Made by a program: the position numbers and the translations under genes. DNA of 63,717 nt, counting the filler, from Globobulimina sp. (taxonomy: Eukaryota), in NCBI GenBank assembly GCA_003354225.1. It is 39 parts of 39 records of this genome, joined end to end, with 100 filler letters (N's around TTAATTAATTAA, not from the genome) between each part and the next. Parts side by side here need not be neighbours in the genome. Positions count along the whole stretch, not along the records: positions 1 to 1,538 come from PIVH01015131.1; positions 1,639 to 3,176 come from PIVH01015132.1; positions 3,277 to 4,813 come from PIVH01015133.1; positions 4,914 to 6,450 come from PIVH01015134.1; positions 6,551 to 8,087 come from PIVH01015135.1; positions 8,188 to 9,724 come from PIVH01015136.1; positions 9,825 to 11,361 come from PIVH01015137.1; positions 11,462 to 12,998 come from PIVH01015138.1; 31 more parts are not named here. One strand, 5' to 3'. Shown one piece after another: positions 1-11,544 of the stretch. The notes under the pieces were generated by a model that was not told the origin of the DNA, ran no database searches, and worked only from the letters and a program-made list of their open reading frames with translations. Position 1 is the first letter of the stretch, and each line of letters begins with the position of its first letter.

Positions 1-350
1 TGATGCGCTTATTGCAGAAATCTCATATATCCAAATTGTGAAAACAAATACAAAGTTCATCAAATGATAAATGAAATTAAACAGCACAGTGAATGAATGA
101 ATAAAAGCATATTTGTTGCATGCGTTGAGGTTGCCAAGTATTTAATATAGGCTCCATGCTTTGTGTAACCTTTTCAGTAAGTCGACTGCCCAAAATGTAC
201 AATTAAGGAAAGTTGTTTATAAAATTATTCACTGCGACTGCGGAAATCGTGGTGGTCGCATTCCAACGTACTTTTTGACATCGATGCAAAACGCAGTCGA
301 TTTCCGCAAGGCGCTGTGAAATATCACGAAAGAAATAGCAATCAGATTTA

Positions 351-1101
351 TTATTTGTTTGTGTCATTATAATTTATCCACGGCACTTTTCCATTTGTGA
401 CATAAGAGAATATGGCCACAACCACAGATATTGAAGACACAGCGATAGGAATTCCGTACGGTCCATTCAATAAATACCAGGACATGACTGATGTCAATAC
501 AATGGCAGCCGAAGTAGCCAATGCTTTCAAGATCGCATCCGTATATTTCATAGAGAAGGCAACCAATAATCCGCCAGTCGCCCCCAACACAGACACCATA
601 CAGGTCACAAACGACCAGCCCTCGAAATAATTATCATTATGCAAAGTGGGCAAATACAATAGCATCGAAAATGTGGCTAACTGAATATTCCTATCCCACG
701 CAGACAAATTACGCTTATCATCTTGTAATACTTTCTGATAATAAACCGATATTAGACCACTTAAAGTCACTTCAGTCAAAACCGCAAATAAACCCAATAC
801 AAAGACCCACATCGCAGCGCCGCCAACATCACCATCACTTTCCTGCGATTTGTCGCTATGTGCTGGGCTGGAATGAGTCGCCGCAAATTCACTGATTACA
901 ATCACTGAGCATACCAAATATATTAAACTGCGCACTCGAACTGCACTGAACTGCTTTCCTGTTTTAGTTTGTTTTGTTTTTGTTGTTGCAACACATCATA
1001 TGCATAATATTTGTAATATGCAACATACTGAGTATCAAATATGAAAATATTGCGGTGGTCAATGTTTTGAGCTGTGCCACCACCGTAAATGTACCAGCAT
1101 C
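351..1101 (-). CDS. Nucleotide-sugar transporter (SLC35A-like), 3' part, intron 959-1028
   Basis: DAGTFTVVAQLKTLTTAIFS, YYQKVLQ...SAWDRNIQL, GGLLVAFSMKYTDAILKALAT. Removing the GT-AG intron restores the frame (LILRKQFSAVRVRSL). Confidence 0.85.
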
Positions 1102-1538
1102 AATAACAGCTCCTCCTAGTGAGTTTCCCTGACCACCAATAAATTTAGTTAATGAATGAATCACCAGATTTGCCCCATATTTTATCGGATTTAATAAACT
1201 TGGTGATGGCACTGTATTATCAACGATTAAAGGTATTTTGTTGGCTTTGGCTATTTTGGATATCGCTTCTAAATCCAATACATCTAATTTTGGATTTCCC
1301 AATGATTCAACAAAGATTGCTTTAGTGTTTTCTGAAATTGCTAGTTGAAAACTCTCTGGATTATCAGCATCAGCGAAAGAAGTTTCAATACCGAACCGAG
1401 GTAAAGTAACGCTCAATAAATTATATGTACCTCCATATAAACTCCCCGATGATACAATATGATCTCCTGTCTTTAACAAAGTAAGAAGAGTTGTTGCAAT
1501 TGCTGCGGTACCAGAGGCGAAAACCACAGCACCTATTC
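1087..1538 (-). CDS. Bacterial O-acetylhomoserine sulfhydrylase (MetY-type PLP enzyme), internal fragment
   Basis: FASGTAAI, LYGGTYNL, FVESLGNP, IVDNTV and the PLP-lysine motif HSLTKFIGGQG. No introns. Confidence 0.9.
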
Positions 1539-1638
1539 NNNNNNNNNNNNNNNNNNNNNNNNNNNNNNNNNNNNNNNNNNNNTTAATTAATTAANNNNNN
1601 NNNNNNNNNNNNNNNNNNNNNNNNNNNNNNNNNNNNNN
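1539..1638. other. Artificial contig spacer (first of 38 identical N44-TTAATTAATTAA-N44 linkers)
   Basis: The same 100-nt spacer, with stops in all six frames, recurs about every 1.64 kb (3177, 4814, 6451, 8088 ... 62083). Contig lengths fall monotonically from 1538 to 1535. Confidence 0.99.
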
Positions 1639-1907
1639 CTTGGTTAGTTTTATTTGGAACAATGTATACAATTTTGACCATAGTATTTGAACTATTTATC
1701 CATGAAACTTTAGATGGTGATACATATATTTACTCTGCATATGATTGGTCAGAATCTATTTCTTCACCAGTTTTTTATTATTTTTTTTCATTTGCTATTT
1801 TAGCGCTAATCTCTTCATTCGCTACATTTATTAAAAATATGATTGTAATTTTTTCTCAAATTGGTAGAAGTAATATTATATACGATGGTCCATTAACAGA
1901 TTTATAA
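1639..1907 (+). CDS. C-terminal fragment of a membrane protein
   Basis: Hydrophobic segments flanking YIYSAYDW, open at the contig edge. Confidence 0.4.
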
Positions 1908-2372
1908 TTAATGCTTATATATACTTGAATTAAGTGTCCAAATTTTAATTCATAATTTGATTCGTAAGCAAACATTTTCCATTTGCTGACTAATATTAAT
2001 TAAGCTTATATCTTTTAGTAAGTCATGTACAGTGCAACAAATACCACACCGTTTCAAAAATAGTAATAACTTTGTGTATACTGTATACCATAATTTCAAA
2101 TAACATAGAAAGACATCACGCAAAATGTAGCGCAGTATGTATACAAACAGTTTAACTTAAATACTGCTTTCTTATATACCAATGCTTAACTTATGGGATA
2201 TATATTTGCGATTAATGACACACATTTAAAACTAAAAGTATTAAAAACATGTTTTCAAAACACTAAGAAATCAATCAGACATATCCTTGCACACATTATC
2301 ATACACACACATAACATAACACATATGATTATGATACGTGTCACAAAAGATATGGAATGCTAGAATTTGAAT

Positions 2373-3176
2373 TTAAAACATTGATATGTGGCAGGTATCA
2401 TTTTGTTTGAGATAATCATTAATATTCTGATTTTGATACCATTTCGTTTGTTCTCTGATGTCGATAAATTCAGAATGATTTGCTCTCTTTCCACTGTACG
2501 CCAAATATGAATTAAATATATTTATAACAAAAGGATTGCTATTATTATACCACAAATACGGGTTGGATGCGTAGCCATTATTTGTTTTACAATCAATTAA
2601 TTTCCATTTATTTTTATTTAAATCCAATATCTCAATTGTATGTGGTGTCAAATACCTATATTTATTAAAATATGAATCAATTTCCTTCCAATTCAATACT
2701 TCTTTATCCTGGCCACCACCGACAATAATTTGTTGTAATTCTTTCTCGTACAACATCCCATGATTCATTCTTCGTAAATTCATATCCGACACCGCAAAAT
2801 ATCCATAATGATTAACGGCACACTCATCACAACACGAACATGTATTGGATATACAATGAATCTCTGACGATTTGAGTGTCTTATCATTATTACACGGCGT
2901 ATGCCCACCACTTAAATAATTTATATGTGTATATAATATAACTTATATATCATACATAAACAACACAAATATATATGTACAGTACCTCAATAATAGCTTG
3001 CTTTCATTATCAAACAAACACATTCCCGCACCTTCACATCGATCGATTTGTAATATACCATTGACAGAAATATATTTATTTTCATCAATGTCATATTCCG
3101 ACAAACAGCTTTTACTCCCAATGCGATTTAGGCATATAATTGAATTACGAGCCCGATGATATATTTTGTGATCGGA
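2373..3176 (-). CDS. Kelch/beta-propeller repeat protein, 3' part, with an intron near 2915-2985
   Basis: Repeated GG...E.LD....W pattern (IIVGGG, IEILDLNKNKW, SEFIDIRE..KW). Confidence 0.55.
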
Positions 3177-3276
3177 NNNNNNNNNNNNNNNNNNNNNNNN
3201 NNNNNNNNNNNNNNNNNNNNTTAATTAATTAANNNNNNNNNNNNNNNNNNNNNNNNNNNNNNNNNNNNNNNNNNNN

Positions 3277-4813
3277 AAACCCCTGAAACACAGTGTTGTT
3301 AATCTCAAATGTTTTCTGAATTACACCATTTGTTCTATAGTTAACCATCAATATATCTTTATCATTTGGAACATACTCATTTGCTGCAATTCTATAAACG
3401 TTATCCCAAAAATAAGCACAAGAATCGGAAATTTTCATTGTTGCTCTTAACTCATAAATTAACCGAATATTATCTTCTTTCCATAATGTTTCTATTGCAT
3501 TAGCAATTTGTGGGGTTACCTATTGCAAAAAAAAAAATTATTGTTTAATAATTGACCAATGTTTGTATTCAAATAATCAAAATTAACTTGTAATGTTTGA
3601 GCATTTTGCATTATCTCAGCAGCCTCTTTACCAACAGTGGATAATTCAATATCTTTATATTCGGATTCTTCTTCTTTTAAAATCTCTATACATTCCAAAC
3701 AAAGTCTCATTTCCTCAACAAGTTGAGCAAATATATGATCTCTAAATTGTAATATATCTTCATCTCCATAGCCACTTAACTGTTTAAAAAATGTTGATTT
3801 CCCAGAACCACTTGCTCCTAAAAATAATATTTTGCCAGAAATTACATTACTATGAGCTGTGCGCAAATAATCAACAATATGGTAATGTTGTTTTCTTCTT
3901 GCAATAGTACTTCCGTTTGATGATCCTAGCCCTCCATCTTTATCTTGCAATACTTTTGTGTCAATTTCCATTAACTTTTTAACAGATTCTAAGTCTCCGT
4001 GGTGGCACGCACACAAAAAAGGTGTGTATAAATTGCGTGATTTTAAATTGGGATTTGCTTCGTATATTGCTGGTAATATTGACGATAAAGCCGCACATTC
4101 AAATATATCGACGTCTTCAATAGGTTTAATATTGTAATGTTTATCTAGATATTGAATAATTTCGGTATGATTATTTATTTTTGCTAATGTTGCACCATTT
4201 ATACCTTGTCCGATTGTAAAATTTAACACTTTTTCATCTAAATCTATCAACTTTTTAACACACTCAAAATCACCGCGATAACATGAACAGAGAAATATTG
4301 TAAATTGATGAACAGATTTTAATTCTGGATTTTTTTCAAATATTTTAATCAAATTATTTGCCATTGCTTTGTGACTTACATGTTGGCCTTGCGCTGCTTC
4401 CATATAATAATCTAATAAATTCCTGCCTTTTCCATCTTGGGCATCATATTTAATATTTCTGTTCAATAAATATGAAACAACTGCGACATTTTTCTGCTTC
4501 ATTGCTAACATCAATAATGTTTTGCCATTTTTTTCATCATAAACATCATATCTCCCGACATATAATTGCATTTCAATAATACCGTCAATGTTATTTGCAA
4601 TAATCATTTTCTCTAAATTTCTTGAAGTCGATGTGTGGGATTTAAACACCTTATAATAAATCAATAATATTACACAAATTGGTGATGTTATGACAGCAAT
4701 CCAGGTATAGACAAACATAGCAAACACAGCAGAATTTTGAATAAACTTCTTTCTGTCTGCAAAATCTGTACATTTCCAACATTCAAAATCAATATGAAAC
4801 CAAACAGATATTA
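3277..4813 (-). CDS. Membrane-anchored ankyrin-repeat / heterotrimeric G-protein alpha fusion, partial, intron 3520-3587
   Basis: A TM segment, ankyrin repeats (GKTLLMLAM, TPFLCACHHG), P-loop KILFLGASGSGKSTFFKQL, helical domain, then after the intron IETLWKEDNI...DSCAYFWDNV.RI...YVPNDKDILMV..RTNGV. Confidence 0.85.
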
Positions 4814-4925
4814 NNNNNNNNNNNNNNNNNNNNNNNNNNNNNNNNNNNNNNNNNNNNTTAATTAATTAANNNNNNNNNNNNNNNNNNNNNNNNNNNNNNN
4901 NNNNNNNNNNNNNAATCCATTATAC

Positions 4926-4993
4926 CATAATCTGTTTTGATTACCGTAATGATCCGCTTGCGGATCATTACGCTGTAATCAAAACAGATTATG
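4926..4993. repeat. Near-perfect hairpin (32-bp stem, 2-nt bulge), copy of the centre of the long palindrome
   Basis: CATAATCTGTTTTGATTACCGTAATGATCCGC-TT-GCGGATCATTACG(CT)GTAATCAAAACAGATTATG. Confidence 0.9.
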
Positions 4994-5510
4994 TTGTAAT
5001 ATCTCAAACACTAACAAATTCAAACTATAATCAAAATTAATTACGATAGCAATGAAAATATTATACGTGTAATCAGTTTTGATTATGCACAATGAAACAT
5101 GACATATTATGCATAATGAAACTGAACTGTATACCCGTAATGGACTCAATCTGTTTATATATATATACAGATTGCACATACGACTCCATCACTGGTATCA
5201 CAGCACATCACTGGAAATCGCAATTTTAATCAAGAACGAGTTGGTATTTTAAGACGGTTAAGTTACTCGTACGTGACTGACTTGGCAACATTAAAGTCGC
5301 AGCGCAGCATCATAAAATCGAATTTATCCCATCCCAAAAAGAACTGATCTGTAATCCCATCGATATTACACGGTAATAGCAATGCCTACTCTTTGTTTGA
5401 ATGGTCCGTAAAAGAGCGATAACGAATTATTTCCGTAAAAAGTTTAGATCCGGAGCACATAGATAAATATTTTGTGCACTTATCATACACATAAAAATGA
5501 CGTAATTAAT

Positions 5511-6450
5511 AATGACCGAATAATGTATCGGTCGTTTAATGTATTGACTTATTAATGAATCACCGATTAATGTCCAGCGATTAATGTATTTCCCTATTAA
5601 TGTATCACCCGATCAATATATCCACCGATTAATATTATCACTGATTAATGTATTGATTTATTAATGTATCGACCGATATTGGCCGTATTGATAAATATAT
5701 TCTTGCCATAATAACGAGACATATTCACTCGTTTTGCCATAAATATTGCAGCCATAATAACGAGATATCTTCTTTGTGCGTGATTCTGTGATTCTGTGTG
5801 ACTTGAAAGTTTTTAAGTTAATTAATGGATCGAAAACATCAAACAAAACAGAGTGAACAAGGAACGCCAAGACGGCGAGGTAGGTAATAATATTTTCATT
5901 ACAATCGCTAATTAATTTAGATTATTGTGTGTAATTTGTTAGTGTTAAGAGATATTACTACTATAATGGATTGATTACCGTAATGATCCGCTTGCTGATC
6001 ATTACGCTGTAATCAAAACAGATTATGTAGTAATATCTCAAACACTAACAAATTCAAACTATAATCTAAATTAATTAGCGATGTAATGAATAATATTATT
6101 ACCTACCTGCGTTTCTTTTGTTTGATGTTTTAGGTCCATTGATTAATTCACTTCACGCACATTATTATGGCAGAGTCACGCACAAAGAAGCTATGTCGTT
6201 ATTATTGCTGCAATATTTATGGCAGAACGAGCGAATATGTCTCGTTATTATGGCAAGAATATATTTATTAATACGGCCAATATATCGGTCGATACATTAA
6301 TAAATCAATACATTAATCAGTGATAATATTAATCGGTGGATATATTGAACGGTTGATACATTAATAAGGAAATACATAAATCGCTCGACATTAATCGGTG
6401 ATCCATTAATAAATCAATACATTAACCGACCGATACATTATTCGGTCATT
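5511..6450. repeat. About 940-bp imperfect palindrome (foldback-like) centred near 5992
   Basis: 5511-5790 is a diverged reverse complement of 6171-6450, and 5820-5965 pairs with about 6020-6150. The arms contain many ATTAAT(GTAT) subrepeats. Confidence 0.85.
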
Positions 6451-6611
6451 NNNNNNNNNNNNNNNNNNNNNNNNNNNNNNNNNNNNNNNNNNNNTTAATT
6501 AATTAANNNNNNNNNNNNNNNNNNNNNNNNNNNNNNNNNNNNNNNNNNNNAAATAAACATCGATGTTGTCATTGAATTTCCACAGTTAGTTATACGTTTT
6601 TTTTTTTTGAG

Positions 6612-7834
6612 TTAAAAATGGTTCTTTAAATGTTTAGTGTATTTTGTAGAGTATTCTGTGGTGTCACAATGTGATAGAAAGTGGCCGAATGTAGTGATAA
6701 AATTGTCAAAATTTGGCAGGTGTTGGTTTGAAATGGACGGTGCAATCCTTAATTGTTTGATTGCTAACAATCCATTTTGTTGCTGATTATCCGCGTCACA
6801 TTTGACAAATAATACGTTTTTATCTTTACAGTAAATAATTGTTCCGATGTCATCATCATTTGTGAATATATTCTGATGGACATCATAATCAATATCCATT
6901 TCATCGATTAAAATCAGTAATTTATCGTCGCCTTTTGTGCCCAATAAGCTTCTGCTATTTTTTAGTAATCCATTTATTGCGCGATGTCTGTTAAATATTT
7001 GTTGCGCCGACAATCGCCAATCAATAAAACTCATGTTTTTATTAATTTTTTTGGTTTTTATTACTTTAAATTCAAATTTATTATAATTCTTCTCATCATT
7101 TCTATCTTTACTATTTAATATTTGGTGGAATTGATGGCTTTCGTTGCTGTTTGTGATGGAATCTTGGTATTTATACAATAGTTTTATATTGTTTTCATTG
7201 TCGCTTTGTTTGATTGAATTTTCTCGATATTTCTTCAAATTTATGATTGCATCGCATAGGGTTTTCCCACCCAAATCAGCCAGTTTCTGTGATAATGTAT
7301 AATATGTATCATACTTATCGATAATTTGTAATTTTTGTGATAATATATTCCCAGAATCTAATTTTGGAGTAACATCAATGACAGAAATACCAGTCAGTTT
7401 ATCACCATTTAGTAATGAATATGGAATTGGCGCAGAACCGATATATTGCGGTAATAATGAAGGATGGACATTTATCATTCCACTTGGAAATAAGGATATT
7501 ATTCTTGATGGAATTAAATATCCAAATGATACTAAAATACCAATATCCCATTGTTTTGTACTCGGTATGTTCCAATTTGTTAATTTAAAATCAATGTTTG
7601 ATGGTAAACAATGATATGTTATATCGCTTTCATTGCAAAACTTTATTGGCGCTATCACATTGGACACAAATTTGCTAAATAATGTGGAACAGAATGCAAT
7701 CTATAATTAAACAAACCGGATTTTTTATTGGATTTAGGAGTTATTAATTCCAGATGAGATATGGCACTGCATTTAATTAAATGTCGCAAACTACCGACTG
7801 TTATCAAATCTGAGCCAAACACCAACGCATTCAT
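6612..7834 (-). CDS. MTFMT: Mitochondrial methionyl-tRNA formyltransferase, with an intron or frame break near 7670-7720
   Basis: VFGSD, DIGILVSFGYLIP, INVHPSLLPQYIGSAPI, LDSGNIL, IDW..SAQQIFNRHRA. Confidence 0.85.
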
Positions 7835-8418
7835 TTTTTGGAAGATGTGGAATATTGTTTGACTAACATTAACGAACAAAAAAAAGTAAAAATGTTTTTT
7901 TAATGAGCATGATATTGAGTGATATCGCCTTCGAATTCATTATCCATATTATTATTTCTTTGTTGCTGAGGAATGCGAAGTGATTTAAAATGCTTTGCCA
8001 AATCCCTACGATGTCCAAAATGTGTGATATTAAATGGTTTCTCTCGCAACACAACAACAGTTAAATCGGGTAAAAAATCACCACAATNNNNNNNNNNNNN
8101 NNNNNNNNNNNNNNNNNNNNNNNNNNNNNNNTTAATTAATTAANNNNNNNNNNNNNNNNNNNNNNNNNNNNNNNNNNNNNNNNNNNNGTACATATCTTCA
8201 AACAACGATTCGCTGTTTTGATAATGCAATTCATGCTATTTGGAAGATTACTGACTTAGTAAAAAACTGTTTTTTTTTTATATTTCTTAACCTCAATGTT
8301 TTCCTTTATTCAATACGTACACATACATGAATTATAATTGTGTGTAATTTATCGGAGATTGATATGCATAAATTAGTTTACAAACAAATGAAATATATAT
8401 TAATATACAATGAAGTCT

Positions 8419-9378
8419 TTATTTATCTTTCCGGTGATGCATCGCATCGATAACCTGTTGTACAGCTTTTTCAAACTCATATTTTGAGATATTCCCATCT
8501 TGATTAATATCCATTGTCTCAAAATCAAAACCTAAATTAACAAACATATCACTATATTTTGGTGGTATATCATCCAAAAACTCTTCGTATTCATCACAAG
8601 ATAAACCATCTTTTTTATCCTCACCCGCTGCATCAAAAAATCTTGCATATAATTTTGCTCTGTCATTTTGATCTTGAATCCCTTGTAAAATACTATTCGT
8701 TGCATCCATTTCATTAAAAATATGATCAAACGAATCACCAAACGTTTCCTTTAATTTCTCAAACTCTCCCACTAAATCACCAAATTTTGTCACTGATTCA
8801 CTGTAAATGGGTACGAATAATAAAGCAAATATATAATTATATATACAGTCATACTTCAATTGTTTTTCTTGCTGTGTCAATACATACGCATTTTTACGCG
8901 TTTTTTTTAGATTTTCCACCATTGTTTCTCTGGTGCTTCGTAACTGTAATAATTGTGCATAGTATTGTTGATTTTGTTGGATTAATGCATCGGCCTGGTC
9001 TCGTACATTGAGTCCTTTATTGATTGCAATAATTGCCACTATGACACCAACCCACGTAGTTACACAAACAATCAATAAACTTAGAAATTGTTCAAGTGAC
9101 TGAGTCACTGCAAAATACATTGCAATCATTCCAATTGCTGTTAATATGCATAATATATATATTCCACTGATTACTTTATCAAAATATGTTGCTGGAAAAC
9201 AACTTTTTTGTTGTTTTTGCATTGGTTTAAACTTATCTTCCTTTTTTTCATTCTTTGCACGTGATTCAGTTTCACAAATTATACCTGAAACATATAAAGC
9301 TTCGTATTGTTCAACACTTGGTTTTTGTAATGCATCTGCTGCAGAATCTGATAGTAATTCATCTTTCTCATCTGCCAT
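8419..9378 (-). CDS. Two-TM, coiled-coil, EF-hand protein, with a probable in-frame intron 8801-8854
   Basis: Two hydrophobic helices, a coiled coil, and EF-hand-like loops DKKDGLSCDEY and DINQDGNISKYEF. Confidence 0.65.
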   Translation of the reverse strand: MADEKDELLSDSAADALQKPSVEQYEALYVSGIICETESRAKNEKKEDKFKPMQKQQKSCFPATYFDKVISGIYILCILTAIGMIAMYFAVTQSLEQFLSLLIVCVTTWVGVIVAIIAINKGLNVRDQADALIQQNQQYYAQLLQLRSTRETMVENLKKTRKNAYVLTQQEKQLKYDCIYNYIFALLFVPIYSESVTKFGDLVGEFEKLKETFGDSFDHIFNEMDATNSILQGIQDQNDRAKLYARFFDAAGEDKKDGLSCDEYEEFLDDIPPKYSDMFVNLGFDFETMDINQDGNISKYEFEKAVQQVIDAMHHRKDK

Positions 9379-9917
9379 TATCTTATAAATAAAAAAAACT
9401 CAAAATTTGAATGACATGATATTTTTTTAACCATAATGAGATAATGAAACCAGCGGCAACCGCTGGACCATTTGTAAAGAAATTAGTTGTTATTTGCATT
9501 CAATTTTTATTTTCTTTAATATAAATTGTGTTAAACACATTCATATTTTACGAATATTTAATTTATGTACATAGCAAAATTATTGAATTTGCCAACAAAA
9601 ATTACAACCATTTGCCAAAATTACCAAAAGTGAAAGAATAAATTAAGAATTATCATCACCAAAAGAGAAAGAATTGCTAATTCATACTTGGTCGCAACTG
9701 AAGTAAGATTGTCATTCCTGAATCNNNNNNNNNNNNNNNNNNNNNNNNNNNNNNNNNNNNNNNNNNNNTTAATTAATTAANNNNNNNNNNNNNNNNNNNN
9801 NNNNNNNNNNNNNNNNNNNNNNNNAGCAGCAACAGTGAATAATACGAATGCATACGAGATAAAATCCATGATCGAGTGAGGAGGGATTATTTGGTTAGTG
9901 AAAAAGTTGAAGTTTTT

Positions 9918-11361
9918 TTATGGCAAATGAAAGTGTCTCACAGCATGATTAGTAGTCATGTCACAGTTGTGAAAAACAGCATAATTTGACCATCTACTTT
10001 GAGCAAGGCGTTTATACCAAATATTATGTATGGATCGATCACCAATGAATATGTAGACACTATTTAATGGTTTTACATATTTGTGATCACCACTTGATGA
10101 ATATTCAACGCAGAGAATTGTTATTTGTTTTGTTTGAGGAACTAATCGATGGAGAACATTAAAATGAATCCAATCCGACGAATCCATAAATAATGAGAAT
10201 AATTTAAGATATCCATAGAATCGATGATAGCATTTTTCTGTAGATACAAACTCTTTTTTTGATAATCCAACATTAATAACTACTCTATCCAATGAGTTTA
10301 AAATATGATCAAAAATATTTATAATATATGGTGGAATGCATATGGATGACGGATTTGATTCATCTGACTGTGATGATGATAATTTATGATTTATTAATTG
10401 TGATAATGCATTATAATAAGAATCAGATAAATTATCTAAAGATGGAACACCATGTAAACATAATTGCAACATTTTAATAGCTCGAATGTATTCATCATAA
10501 TCTCTTGATATCGATAAATCACTCAAACCGATTATTTCCAAATTCATCAATCCAGAAATAAATAACATTTCAGCTTCGCCCGGAAAATCAGAAAATGGAA
10601 TACAATTAAAATAATTAATTTGGTGTTTAGTATTTTCAATAGTTAGTATTATTCCATCCATTGCATGGCCACATCTTTTAATATTGTCGTTGATGTCGGC
10701 GAACAAAATTTTGCACTTAATGCACCAAACACCATTTTAATATTTATGCCATGATAAAATTCTTTATGTTTTGATTCATGCAAAGAAATACCAAATACCT
10801 CAACAGTTTCTTTTAACCCTTTACCTAAATGCACAAAATATGAATGTCGGATTTTTAATGAATTATCTGATTCTTCATTTGATGACTTTCTATATGTTTG
10901 GGTTAATTTTGTAGCTAAATAATCATAGTTTGTATATAATAATAGACATAAAATATTCTCATATCGAATTATAGTTTTTGAGGTATATCCATATACTTTA
11001 TGCCATATAGGATCTGCTTTATTTATAATGTTTTTATATTGTTTCCATTTTAATTCTGTTTTAACATTTGTATTAATCCATTGTTCCATTGAAAAATTAA
11101 ACTTATCATTTGTTAATATTTCTGTTTTTAAATTTGCATATTTTGGTTCAATAAACCAATCTGATATAAAACATCCATCCTTTGCATAGTCAGACCTATT
11201 TGTTCCTGGAATTTTATCTCTATATTCATGTATATCTTTGTATCTTTTATGATAAAAATATCTTATGCCCTCATAATATTCTATATATTTAGTATTATTA
11301 TTGTCAGCATCATCATTGTTGTTATTATTATTATTATTAAAATGCGTAACACATTTCTTAT
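9918..11361 (-). pseudogene. ART-like family member (H-S-E motifs), frameshifted near 10660
   Basis: LLLYTNY, FYHGI, FCSPTSTT, VAMQ, frameshift, then DGIILTI and FSDFPGEAEMLF. Homologous by eye to 11545-12998. Confidence 0.6.
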
Positions 11362-11544
11362 NNNNNNNNNNNNNNNNNNNNNNNNNNNNNNNNNNNNNNN
11401 NNNNNTTAATTAATTAANNNNNNNNNNNNNNNNNNNNNNNNNNNNNNNNNNNNNNNNNNNNGTTCTTAGCACCAAAACCAAATAGTTCCATTCAAAATAT
11501 CATCAAAAAACAGTAAAGTTGAAAAACAGTGTACCGATTGAGTG

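Noticed and set aside
964-1527. Novel MetY-transporter fusion protein or HGT
   Set aside because: Both partners are truncated at a microhomology, so a chimera is more parsimonious.
5180-5410. Possible copia RNase H remnant
   Set aside because: Only faint resemblance across several stops and frames. Not supportable.
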